Notes under the pieces: generated by a model
Databases searched by the model: none
Told to the model about the DNA's origin: nothing
The model's input: the letters and a program-made list of their open reading frames with translations, nothing else
Assembly (NCBI GenBank): GCA_963575745.1
Contig: CAUYUJ010000069.1
Location: 62,001-118,755, forward strand
Length of the DNA: 56,755 nt
Source: Prorocentrum cordatum
Taxonomy: Eukaryota
Direction: 5' to 3'
In this document: one piece after another, positions 11,852 to 23,039 of the stretch
Position numbering within the stretch: position 1 is the first letter of the stretch
Layout of the letters: each line of letters opens with the position of its first letter
Made by a program: the position numbers and the translations under genes

Positions 11852-13983
11852 AAGGCAGAGGTCTTTTTTGATGTTCAGCGTCTGGAGGCCCGCTGCGGGA
11901 CCCAGGGACGTCAGCAGTCGGCCTGGATGAAGCAGCGGGCCTCTGGAGCAAGCAGCGGCGAGGGGCCTTGGCTTGCCTAGAGGCCCACCAAGAACTGCCT
12001 AAGAACCCTTTGTGCTCTGCATGAACAATGCTCTTAGGATATTTCTGGCTGAGAACGTCTTGTCTTAGCACATCGGGTTCGTGCTCAAAGAATATGGTTG
12101 TTGTTCTTCGAACCTTTTTTAGGGAAGCGAACTCTATATACACCGACGCCTTTGTCTGGCCTCGCACTGGATCTCGCACAGGAAAGCAGATCGGTGTATA
12201 CGTGATATTGGTGTACACAGTCTTCGTTGTTTCCCCAGGAAAACCGGAAAACAAGTATACACCACACCATCCCGACGTCGTCCCCGACCCTCAAAGAAGT
12301 CCCGGGATTGAAGAACCGCCCGCCACTGGTAATGTATATGCTCCAGTTCCCGACTTTTGGGGGTCTGGCGACATTTCGTGGCCTCTAGGGATGCCAGGAC
12401 GGTCGGTCCCTGCTCAACTGGAGGGGAGCCGAGAGCTCTGAGGCCCACAGGCTGAAAGGTTTGGATGGTGGAGCTCTGAGCAGGGGTCGTCAGGCGTTCG
12501 CCGTTTTCATGCTCACCGGGCCCTTCCGAGTGGAGGGTTGCTCCGAAGGGCTTAGGCGACCCGTCCTCTCCCTCCTCCTTCTTCTCCACCTCCTCCTCCC
12601 CCTCCCCCTCCCCCTCCTCCACCACCTCCTCCTCCTCGGGTCGCCTACTACGGCCCCGGGGGAAACCGTGCATCCTCAGGCGTTCGCCGTTTTCAGGCTC
12701 ACGGGGCCTTTCCGGGAACTTCTCGGGTTTCGAGGCCATCAAGAAACGTCTTGGGGTAAGGGGCCAGTCCCAGAGAAAGCCTCGGAGTATCCAGCATCAG
12801 ACATTCCAGGGTTTGCTAGGTATTCGTTTTCCCCTACACGACCGAAAGCTTCCCGACACCATCCGAAGACCTTTCCCGAAGGGTTTGGGAGGCTTTTCGG
12901 AGAGTTCCGGGATAGTTTCAAAAGGGTGTTGGTCTTTCTTGGGGGAAACCAGTCGCTAGCGAACTCTGGGTTTTCTAAGTCTAGCATCCGTTTCTCTTAG
13001 GATCAAATTTCGTCATGCAACCCGAGATTCCTGGAGCCTTCCGCGGGGAGGGTTGTCGGAGGGTTTTAGAAGCGTTTTGTTATGCTTCGAAGCGAAGCGA
13101 GTCCCGTCGGCGTCACCCCAATCTACTAATACTATGTGTACGTCGCCCCCCCCGGGGCGACGCGCGCACCGAGAAATCTCGTATTAGATGCGTCGTGGCG
13201 GGCTCTTTCTGGCCACGCCGCGCGGGAACCGATCTACTACAACATAGGATTATATTGGATGTGCGGGTCGGACGCGCGCTTCCCAGGAGAACACATCGCA
13301 CCAGTAGTATTTACTTGAGCGCCCCATGCCAAGCGAATCCTGGCCCCTCTAGTTGCAGCATCCGTTGCTCTCCGCCCGCCGCGTTGACCTCCGAGGAGGA
13401 GGAGGAGGAGGAGGAGGAGGAAGAGGAGGGGGAGGCGGAGGAGGAAGAGGAGGGGGAGGTGGAGGAGGAGGAGGAGGAGGAGGAGGACCCCGAATCGGTG
13501 TCTTTCCGTCACGCCGCCCGAGGGCCCCACGGCGGACGCACCCCCGGGCGCGGACCACAGCGAGAACCAGCGCTGCTTCCCGCCGTCGGGTGGGGCGCTG
13601 CCCTCGACGCTGTGGTGCTGGCGGGGGGGAAACGGGGGACAGTGACCAAGAAAGAGCGCGGCAACGTCGTGTCCTCCTCCTCCTCCTCCCCCTCCTCCTC
13701 TCCTCCCCCTCCTCCTCTTTCTCCTCCTCCTCCTCCTCCTCCTCCTCCTCGTCCTCCTCCTCCTCCTCCTCGTCCTCCTCCTCCTCTTCGTCCTCCTCCT
13801 CCTCCTCCTCCTCCACCTCCTTCCCCCCTCCAAATCGATCTTGGTCAGCGTCGATCTCGGTCGGCGTCTATCCGTGCATCGTCCTTGCGAACCGGCGACG
13901 GCCGACAAGGGGCCATGACCAGGGTCGGCACAGGCAAGAGCCCGGGACGTGTTGGTCATGGTACCCGTTGTGTTGCCCTCCAG

Positions 13984-14053
13984 GTGCTACTCCCTCATGA
14001 TCCCCACCGACTACTACGAGTTGTCGCTGATAAAGTGGCAGCACGAGCGACAG
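13984..14053 (+). CDS. Internal exon of host gene (CYSLMIPTDYYELSLIKWQHERQ)
   Basis: Pyrimidine-rich acceptor ttgccctccag|g and donor cag|gtcagc. Joins exon 26036 in frame to give ...WQHERQ|VSIFACDGYAVYS. Upstream exons were not identified. Confidence 0.75.
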
Positions 14054-14159
14054 GTCAGCACTTCTGGAGTTGCCCACTCTGCCTCCTCGTCGCCCTGTCC
14101 TCCTCCTTGTCGTCGTCCACCTTCTGTTCTTGTAGTTATTATCATTGTGCTCGTTGCTG

Positions 14160-15720
14160 TTATCGAAGACGCCTACGACGAATCACCGCCGCCCCCTGCC
14201 TTTTTGGAAGCGCCTATGTGGCCGAACGTTGAGGCCAGACCTGCCAAGCTATCGGACCATGTGTTCCCCAAATCGGTTTGGAAAGCCTTCGGGGAACACG
14301 TGGGCATCTTGAAGGTCATCTTGGCCGCCTGGAGGCCATTTTTGACCCTTTCGGGCCTTCTTGGAGGACGTCTTGGAGGGCTCTTGGGCTGTCTTGGAGG
14401 CCATCTTGAGCGTCGTGGAGGCCTCTGTGGCCGTCTTGGGGGCCTCCTGGGGCCGTCTTGGGCCTCCTGGGCAATCTTTGGGGGCACTTGGGCCGCCTCG
14501 GGCCGTCGGAAGGCCGAACAAAACAAATGCCACAATCCTTCAAACACTCATAGGAAATCAGTGAGTTTGGCCTTTTCGGCCCTTCCTGGAGGCCCTCTGG
14601 GAGGCCGCTTGGGCCGTCTTGGGCCATCTTAGTGCCATCTTCGGCCGTCTTGGTGGGCTCCTGGCCCGTCCGACGCCATCGGAAGCCGTTTGGGGGGCCT
14701 CTTTGAGCCGACTTGGGGTCGTCTTGGAATGCTCCAGGGCCGTGGCCATCTTGGGCGTCTTAAAAGCATCCTGGGTCGTCTTTGGGGCCTCTTAGGGGCC
14801 GTCTTGGGGGCCTCTTGGGCCGTTCTGGGGCCATCTTGGAGGCCTCTTGGGCGATCTTTGGGGGCCCTTGGGCCGTATCGGGCCGTCGGAAGGCCGAACC
14901 GAAGCAACTGCCAACATCCTTCAACAACCTAAGGAAAACAATGAGTTTGGCCTTTTCGGCCCTTCCTGGAGGCCCTCTTGGAGGCCTCTTGGGCCGTCTT
15001 GGGCCAGCTTCGAGCCAACTTCGGCCATCGTGGTGGGCTCCTGGCCCGCCTGACGCCGTCGGAAGCTGTTTGGGGGGCCTTTCTGGGCCAACTTGGGGCC
15101 CTCTTGGGGTGCTCCAGGGCTGTCTTGGAGGCCATCTTGGGCGTCTTGGAGGCCTCTTGGGTCGTCTCTTTGTGCCCTCTTGGGGCCGTCTTGGGGGCCA
15201 CTTGAGCCGTCAAGGAGCCCTCTTGGAGGCCTCTCGGGCGATCTTGGGGCGATCTTGGGGGCCTCTTGGGCCGTCTTGATCCGTCGGAATGCCGAGAAGA
15301 TGCACACTTCAAGATCCTTCAACAGCCTAAGGAACATCAATGATTTTGGCCTCTACGGGCCCTCCTGGAGAACCTCTTGGAGGCCTCTTGGGCCGTCTTG
15401 GAGGCTTCTTGGGCGAACTTGTGGTTATACTGGGCTCTCTGAGGCCGTCTTGGAGGCCGTCTTGGACCATCTTCGGCGGACTTGGAGGCCATCTGGGACC
15501 ATCTTGGAGGCCATCTTGGGCCAACGTGGCCATCTTGGAGGCCATCTTGAGCCGTCTTGGAGGATTTGGGGGGGAGTTGAGCTCCTGGAAGATCCTCCCA
15601 GGACCCCGGCGGGACGGGCCGAAGCCCCAGAGGGAGTCCTTTTGGAAAAACCCAAACCAAAACCGAAAGGGTCTAGCACGCCAGGCACCCCTGCGATGAA
15701 TCGACAGGGGGCGGCGGTTC
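14160..15720. repeat. Element with about 11-bp (ggcctcttggg)-type repeats, bounded by a 13-bp inverted repeat
   Basis: ccgccgccccctg at about 14186 and cagggggcggcgg at about 15705 with an overlapping hairpin. The same low-complexity motif occurs at 8450-8700, 10160-10280 and 16000-16240. Confidence 0.65.
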
Positions 15721-16260
15721 CAATGGCCTTCGGCCCATCTCGCCACCGTGCATGGGTTCCGAAGCCCCCCTCGGGCCCGAAGAAGTCACGCGAGAGGATG
15801 CGCCAAGCCCACGCAGATTTGGGAGCGAGGGGTCCGGGCTCCTTCAAAGACCCCTCGGGAGTGAGGATTGAGGCTTAGGGGATGTTGGCTCAGGACCCGA
15901 GCGCACGCCCATTCCGTGCCCTGCGGGCGCGGTGACGGGTTACCATTCGTGCTCTGTTCGAGTTTGCGTGGTGGCTCACAGAGCCCCTCCGGGGTACGTC
16001 TCCTGGGAGCTTCCTGGGAGCCTCTTGGAGGCATCTTGGGAGCATCCTCGGGCTTCTTGGGGGCCTTGGGGAGCTTATCGGGGGCCTCTTTGGCCGTCTT
16101 GGTGGGCTCCTGGCCCGTGTGGCGCCGTCTCGCGGGCCTCTTTGGGCCGACTTGGGGCCCTTTTGGGCTGCTCCAGGGCCGTTTTGGAGATCATCTTGGG
16201 CGTCTTGGAGGCCTCTTGTGCCGTTGTGGGCCGAGTTTAGGATTGTGCGTGTCTATGTAT

Positions 16261-16600
16261 TGTGCGTCGCGTTGTGTTCGAGTGTAGATCCTTAATCGCC
16301 ACGGTCGTGCCGAAAAGACAGCGATGTTCAGCAGGTCCTCTTCACACAACGAGCGCCCGATGATTGAGAACTCCAATCCGCAGTAAGCTTGCGCACAGCT
16401 CGCATTTGCACAGGAGAGGGGGATTCAGGATAGGATATACTCGTTATCTGGTGCTATTATGGGATCCCACGAAACACACGGGTAAGCCAGCCAGGGCAGA
16501 ATATGGCTGCGGCGGGCACACGGGGGAGCGGCAGGGGAGCGCGACGGGGAACAGAAGGGGAGCCGAAGGGACGCGCACACGCACGCACTGCACAGCAGAT
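16261..16600 (-). repeat. Putative 3' LTR
   Basis: Aligns by eye with 25670-26014 (shared cgatgattgaga.ctccaatccgc, acacgggtaag, gggaacagaaggggagc, gcgcacacgcacgcact), roughly three-quarters identical. Confidence 0.65.
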
Positions 16601-16849
16601 CTAAAAGCTCTGGAAAATCGCTGCTCCTCTCAGCCTCACGGTCGCTGGCGCAGAGATCGGCGCTCTTGGCCTCTGCCCGGCTGCGCCTGCGCACCCTGTG
16701 CGCGCTGCCATGGTCGTCTCCTCGCTCACGACTCACACTGTTTCGAGCCGCAGCAGCTCCCACCCCTGAGGTCCATCTTCGCTCTCCGCTTCGTCCTTCC
16801 ATCCACCAGCATGTCCAGAAAGTTTGCAGCGAATCTCGCGGCCCGCTGT

Positions 16850-17430
16850 GTGCATGGCTGGGCGAATGCTTTGGGTCTGCGTCGAGAATCTGCTGTCGGG
16901 CCCTTCAGTAGTCTCCCTCTTTAGGTAGCGGTGCAGCGACTTCGCGTCCACAACACACGGTTTCTTGCGTAGCATCTTCGCGTTCTTCTCATCAGGGTTC
17001 CGTCCAGCAAGTGATACTAGTCTCCGGTGCTCGCAACACCTTTCCCACTCGTCGAGCCTGAAACCAGAGAACGCAAACTCATGACACAACGTGCCCATCC
17101 ATCCGAGCTCTGCAACTCCAGTATTCAGAGCAAGTGTCTCCTCATGCAAAGTCAATCAGCTAGCTGGCTGTCGTTCTCCTTCGGGAGCTCCACGCGTGGT
17201 AGCCAACACTGCATATGCACCTTGGGGTCCACCTTCACTGCTGTTGTGCAAACTTGCATCAGACACCGAGATCCACATCAGCTCCTCGAATGGGATGGGC
17301 CACGCGGTAATTCCCAAGTCCGTTGTCTCCTCCATGTGTTCCACCAGCTGGGTAATTTTCGTGACGTCGTCGTAGGTCAGCGTGCTTAGGGACTGTTGAG
17401 GTAAGCTGCACCTCCCGGCACCGCCCGCTC
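16850..17430 (-). pseudogene. Copia-type RNase H, fragmented
   Basis: VSDASLHN...QGAY; TLHEETLAL..GVAELGW; VVDAKSL. Confidence 0.85.
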
Positions 17431-17439
17431 TCAGCTCCC

Positions 17440-17684
17440 TCGGGAGCCTTGAGACGGGGGTCAATGCAAACGGGGGTCAGCCACGGCACTGGATCCTGCA
17501 GGATCTTGCGAAGACCCTCTCTGGCTGACCCGGGTTAGCGAGCCGCTCGTGGCCGCGAGGCGGCCGCACATATTGGCTGAACCGGGTTTGCGAAGACCTG
17601 CGTTGCAGTTTTTTTTTCCTGCATTGCAGTTTTTGGTTTCCTGCTGACCCGGGTCTGGATTGACCCGGGTCAGAAGATCCCCGA
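17440..17684. mobile_element. MITE family I, 5-bp TSD
   Basis: TSD ctccc/ctccc; interrupts pol between RT and RNase H. Confidence 0.9.
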
Positions 17685-17799
17685 CTCCCGCGTCAGCCAG
17701 GTCAGCGAATCGAGAATTGCACGAATTTGGCTGCACTCTCCCGCCGTGCATGCGTCACCTCCAGTTTTCCTCCGAGCTACCTTGACGGGTGAGAGCCTC

Positions 17800-18740
17800 T
17801 CCTCAATGATTTTTTAAATGGACACGTGGGAGTCAAATTTGGCGTCCTGGGTGCAGTGGCGGCCGTTGAACATGGTTCCCTCGGAGTCCTTCCATATAGA
17901 CTTTAACTTCCCGAACTCCCTTCGCTGCCGCAATCGGGTCATCTGTTCTCGATGACGATGACCGCCCACATCGAAGGTGTCATCCACCACCACCACGATG
18001 CCCTCCACGTCCGTTCGTGCCTGAACTCGAGGTCCTGCAATTCCACGCTGTCCTCCACGATCTGCTAGCCGCTAGCCTCACCGGGGGGCTGAGCAGACGC
18101 CCTGGCCGGGAACAACATGAACGCGGTCGGGTGCAGCTTGTTCTGGCCGTCGCCCAGCTATACGACATCCTTTTGAGGCCTGCCCTGAGGTGCAGGGGAG
18201 CGTCTCCAAGACCGTACACGCCCGACACGAGCTCGATAAGTTGGCTAGGCTCCATGTTTTGAAGCCCACTTTTGGGTTGCTCTGCGCACAGCTTGCCGTT
18301 CTCCCTTACCGACTTGCCGGACTGCACGAATGCCTTCCACAGGTCTCCGCACTTGTTAGGGGCAGGGATCTACAAGACCATCATGAGCGAACTCATTGTA
18401 ACAGTATGTGCTCAGCGTACCAGGGACAGAACGTCCAGATCTGGACCTCTACGAACAGACCAGCCGCGTTTGAAGCTGGCTGGCACTCCCAGCTGCTCCG
18501 AGGGATTTTGTTTCTGACGTACCACCGTTGACGGAATGATGCGGTCCTCCGTTCTTTGCCGTGCAAGGGCTTCGCGAACCTTCTGATTTTCGCTCAGGGT
18601 CAACACTCGTACTCCCCCAGTAGTCTTAAGAAACTGCACCCATTCGGTCGTATCCGCGTTGATCCATTCGGGCCATTCCTCCTTCGGCATGTGCATTTCT
18701 TGCACGTCATCTCCCTCTTGCACCTTGGCGACATACACGT
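17800..18740 (-). pseudogene. Copia-type reverse transcriptase, fragmented
   Basis: RIIPSTVVRQK...FKRGWSVRRGPDLD; LIELVSGVYGLGDAP; GIVVVVDD (catalytic xVDD); FGK...FNGR. Confidence 0.85.
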
Positions 18741-18810
18741 CGTTCTCATCTGAGACCTGAGATGCTGCCCTGATGAATCAGTCATTGCTAGCGCTCCCCT
18801 CGCTAGTTTA

Positions 18811-19005
18811 TCGGGCCGGACGAAAGGGGGGGATTGGGAAAAGGGGGGGTACGAAATTTGCTGCATGCAGCTGGTTTCGGCCCCGCCGAGGGGCCCATTC
18901 CTCGATACATGGGCGCCTCTGGCGCCGGGAGGCGCCAGGAAAATCAGCTGCGTGAGCTGATTCTCAAGCCCCCCCTTTGCTATCCCCCCCTTTCGCCCGA
19001 CCCGA
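18811..19005. mobile_element. MITE family E, 5-bp TSD
   Basis: Near-identical to 9421-9615; TSD gttta/gttta. Confidence 0.9.
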
Positions 19006-19166
19006 GTTTAAGCCCCCCTGCTCATCCCTGTCAACCAAGGGGTGGCACAGGGATCGAGGCAGATGCGGGAGTGCCCGCAGCTGTTTGCCTGCACGTCGTT
19101 CTCATCTGAGACCTGGGATGCTGCCCTGATGAGAAGAAGTCATTGCTAGCGCTCCCCTCGCCAGTT

Positions 19167-19372
19167 TCGGGGGAGCGTAAGACCCGGGTTTGCCAGGACT
19201 CGGGTTCGCCATCGTTTTTTGACGACCGCGCCTCGGATTTTGACGAGGAGGAGTTTCGTGGGATGTCTGCAGCGGGAGGCCTCGTCAAAATGCAGGCTCG
19301 GCCTCGTCATTTTTTTGACGACCTCGTCGGGGATTTCCGAGTCCCCTGTACCCAGGTCTTACGTCCCCCTGA
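19167..19372. mobile_element. MITE family B (206 bp), 5-bp TSD
   Basis: TIR tcggggg(a)gcgtaagacc / ggtcttacgtccccctga; TSD cagtt/cagtt; empty site visible in the next repeat unit (about 19510-19530). Confidence 0.9.
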
Positions 19373-19547
19373 CAGTTGAAGCCCCCCTGCGCATCCCCTT
19401 CAACAGAGGGGTTGGCACAGGCATCGAAGCAGGTGCGGGAGCGCCCGCGGCGGCGTGCTTGCGGAAGAACGCGCAAGCGGCCTTGATGAAAAGAAGTCCT
19501 TGCTGACGCTCCCCTCGCCAGTTGAAGCCCCCCTGCGCATCCCCTTC

Positions 19548-19717
19548 TCGGGGGAGAAACAGATACGGATACGTGTTGTCCCCCCTCGTTTTCGGCCTCT
19601 CCTGGTCCTCCTGGGGAATCCTCGCTGTCACCGCTGGATTCGCCTCGAGATTCTGGCCAGAACGCACCCCGAGAAAGGTCCGGGGACAGCACGTATCCGT
19701 ATCTCTCCGCCCCCCAA
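19548..19717. mobile_element. MITE, 5-bp TSD
   Basis: Inverted agatacggatacgtg / cacgtatccgtatct; TSD ccttc/ccttc; removal restores the host repeat unit. Confidence 0.85.
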
Positions 19718-19756
19718 CCTTCAACAATGGGGTGGCACAGGGATCGAGGCGGATGC

Positions 19757-19986
19757 TCAGAGCCCCGAATCATCAGGGGTAACTCGGGTCAGGGATAACT
19801 CGGGTTCGTTTTTCGGGAATCCAAACCCGAGTTACCCCGGACCCGAGTTACCCCGGATAACTCGGGCGTCCAGAGCCCCGAATCATCAGGGGTAATTCGG
19901 GTCAGGGCTAACTCGGGTTCATTTTTCGGGAACCCAAACCCGAGTTACCTCGGACCCGAGTTACCCCGGATAACTCGGGCGTCCAA
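19757..19986. mobile_element. MITE family C dimer, 5-bp TSD
   Basis: TSD gatgc/gatgc; empty site at about 19050-19075. Confidence 0.9.
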
Positions 19987-20089
19987 GATGCGGGAGTGCC
20001 CGCAGCGGTCTGCCTGCGAAAGAAGGCGCGCGCGGCCTCCCTCCCTCTCGGCCAGGCGGGCGCGCACACGCGTACGCACATCCTTAGGC

Positions 20090-20306
20090 TCCAGCCGGGC
20101 CTTTTTTTTTTGTGTGTTTTTTATTAGTATTAATTTATATATATATATATATATATGAAAAAAAAACAAAAAAAAACAAAAAGGTCAAACAATACCCAAA
20201 CAATAGTCCCCAGACTATTTTTGGATTATTTTTTTTTTTATTATTTTGGATGTATTTTTCATTTTTTGTCGAAAATCCCCTTGTGGGGGGGGCGCGCCCG
20301 ACATAA
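20090..20306. mobile_element. MITE family J, 8-bp TSD
   Basis: TSD ccttaggc/ccttaggc; left TIR decayed; internal (TA)n. Confidence 0.8.
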
Positions 20307-22057
20307 CCTTAGGCAAGCCTGCTCACGGGACTGTGCAGCCATGGCTTTCTCTGTTCGGCGGGGCCCAGATGCATTATTTCAACAAGACGAGCACGAAGGT
20401 CATGTTCAGGAACATCATAAAACGATTCGCCCGAAGAAGCACTCGCCCAATCCGACTAGAAGTCGGCAAAACACTGAAGAAGATGCACTCAGCCTCCTGC
20501 TCCTCGTCCTCGGTCCCAGGACTTGGCTCGACCTGCGTTGCCTTTCCTCCCAGGTCCAGCGTCTGGTTCTGCGCCGCCGCACGCTCGATGGCCGCCTCGA
20601 TCCTGCGCCTGGTGGGGCTGGGACCGCCCTCCACCGAGCCCAGCCTACGTGCAAGCCCACGGTTCAGTCCAGATACCTCCAGCTCCATCCCCTGCGTGTC
20701 TGGCACATCCTCGATACTATTGACCGTCGCCTCTGCTGCACGTTCGAGGCACTCCTCCTCCTCGGGTGGAGTACCGATCTTGGCTCGGACATTCCACTCG
20801 AAGGGCTCGGACAGAGCCTCACGCAAGTCCTTCTCGACTGTTTGGTGCATCTCCTCATCCACTGGACTCTCCTTGTGGCTCCCGCCTTCTCCTTCATGTT
20901 CTGCTCGCTGCCCTTCAGGTGGCTGCCGAGGTGGTTCTTGAACAGGTGGCGGCCCGGCATCTTCAGGTCCCGGAAGCAAATCTCGAACAGGCTCCGGTGG
21001 ATCAGGTCGTACTTCCCGAACTTCGCGAGTTGGTGCAGTTTCCGTGGCAGGGTCAGGTGGGGCATGAAATTCTTGATCTCCGTCCTAGGCCCAGTCTGGA
21101 GTATGGCGATCAACGGCGATGTCGGAGAATCCATGACGCTTCCCACGCCTGCTGAGCTGCCCTCTGAGATCGTCATAATGGGTGGTCAGGATTTCAGCTC
21201 CTCTGCACTCGTCGCTGGTCGCCAAGCGTACTTGCTCCAGGTTGCACTGCCACGTCTCATCCTTGCGGTTCACCCAGACCGAACCATTTTTGATTACAGG
21301 CGCCCCACATGGTTCCACCCATCGCCCCTCCTTGTAGTCTGGGCACCACTTGTCCCCACTGTCATTCGCGAGCCTCCTCCACGTCCACACTCCGACCCAA
21401 CTACCAGGACCAGGCGGAACTTGCATTCGAGCTCGAGTTCCACTGGCCAGCAAACGCTTGATCGACCCGTGGGTGTCCGTCTCCACCATGGCTCGATGTG
21501 CTGCCAGTCGAAATCGATGAGCACGCTGCGCTACCGTATCTATTGGTATCGCTCGGACGTGTGCATTTTTCCTTCGGCGAGGACCATCGAGGAGCATCCT
21601 TGACCATGTGGCGAAAAAGGCACGCACGCAACCGAAAAAACACAGGGAATGGACGTCCGAGCGATGCCCAGATCTGGGTCTTGCGCAAGTAGACGGGCGC
21701 CCACAGAGCCATCGCAGAGCAGGCTTCTGGTAGCCGCGGCAGTTGCCCAAGCACCCTCTGCACTGGAGCAACCCCTGAGCGGTTGACGAACCTGCTTTTC
21801 GCCGCCTCGAACGCTAAGATCAACGCCTCCCTGCTTTTCTTCGAGCCTCCGGGGGCTCCAACTCGCACGTGTCCCTGAGCGGTTGACGAACCTGTTTTTT
21901 CGCCGCTCCGAACGCTACGATCAACGACTCCGTGTTTTTCTTCGAGTCTCTGAGGGCTACAACTAGCACGTTTTCGCAAACGTAGCACTGAAGTGACCAC
22001 CAGCTCGCTGCGTTTTCGCGTTTTTCCAAGGTGTCCGCGCATCGATCGTGGACGCTA

Positions 22058-22221
22058 CAGTGCCGCGTTTAATACATGTTCCGCGTGCGGATCATGTATT
22101 TAAACATGCATGGATTTAGTACTAAAAACAACGATGAGTCCATGCATACATTTATTCATACATTAAGCATGCATGACAATTCATATGTTCTTGAAAATCT
22201 CATGTATTAAACACTGCCCTG
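22058..22221. mobile_element. TA-TSD MITE family V (AT-rich)
   Basis: TA|cag...gtttaatacatg / catgtattaaac...ctg|TA. An inverted second copy at 28811-30208 is split by a Helitron-like element. Confidence 0.85.
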
Positions 22222-22324
22222 TAGGCAGCCTGCCTCAGCAGCCCGATCCGCAGAGGTGCTTGCTCGTGATCTTGTTGCCCTTGTCCACGGCCAGAGTCTC
22301 CAGAGGCCCAAACACCCGTAGCCA

Positions 22325-22567
22325 TTGGGGCCTAAGAGAGGGGGTCAGTGCAAACGGGGGTCAGCCAGGGCACTGGATCCTGCAGGATCCTGCGAACACC
22401 TTCTCTGGCTGACCCGGGTTAGCGAGCCGCTCGTGGCCGCGAGGCGGCCGCGCATATCGGCTGACCCGGGTTTGCGAAGACCTACGTTGCAGTTTTTTTG
22501 TGTTGCATTGCAGTTTTGGTTTCCTGCTGACCCGTGTCTGGATTGACCCGGGTCAGAAGATCCCCGA
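22325..22567. mobile_element. MITE family I, 5-bp TSD
   Basis: TSD agcca/agcca; removal restores the integrase frame WL|RVFGP. Confidence 0.9.
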
Positions 22568-23039
22568 AGCCATCACCGACAGAAGGCCAGCCAGACATCC
22601 TAAGGAGCCTCTTTGCCCTTCGGGACCCTTTGGAACATCGAGCAGTGGGTGCCCCACTTAGTGGCGTAGAGGTGCGGCAACCGCTCCTGGTTGCCCTCCT
22701 TGATGCAGATCAGGATGATGCCGGCCGCGTGGCTCATGCGGTAGAACTTGGGAATCGCACCTACTCTCCCCGGTTTTGGCCGCACATGAGCCTTGCACAC
22801 ATCGCACTCGAACGGCGTCTTCGCCCACAATATCAGGTTGGTTCGAAGTCTTCTTCAGTCGGAGAGCACAACAGAAGTCCACCTCGTGCATTTCCCCGAT
22901 CATCATGTTCCCCGTCTCGTTGGGTTCCGAGCCGACGTTCACTTCCTCTCCGTCCGGTGGTGATTCCTCAGATGCCTCCGCATCCTCGTCTCCGCCATCT
23001 CCTTCGCCCTCTTCATCTTCTTCGGCATACAACCCCCGG

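Larger units (their letters stand above)
18738..20020. repeat. Three units of a 156-bp tandem repeat, each carrying MITE insertions
   Basis: Units align after removing E, B, C and 19548-19717 plus one TSD each. Confidence 0.8.
21180..22900 (-). pseudogene. Retroviral-type integrase (zinc-binding, core, C-terminal), fragmented
   Basis: FECDVC; WLRVFGPLETLAVDKG; TPWKNAKTQRAGG; NRSGVAPVQRVLGQLPRLP; VWVNRKDETWQCNLEQVRLAT. Confidence 0.8.

Noticed and set aside
12239..12328. Possible upstream exon (ttccccag|gaaaac...ccactg|gtaatg)
   Set aside because: The frame compatible with exon 13984 contains a stop, and the region overlaps a palindromic tatacacc/ggtgtata repeat.
13015..14232. 405-aa ORF and other poly-E/P/S/R/G ORFs
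   Set aside because: Produced by GAG/CTC microsatellites; the real exon lies in a different frame.
20155..21603. 482-aa plus-strand ORF
   Set aside because: Antisense shadow of the integrase C-terminus and linker; it starts and ends inside MITEs.
22316..22336. ccgtagccattggggcctaag resembles the dinoflagellate spliced leader (CCGTAGCCATTTTGGCTCAAG)
   Set aside because: It is the junction of antisense integrase codons (WLRV), the agcca TSD and the start of MITE I, so it is a chance chimera.
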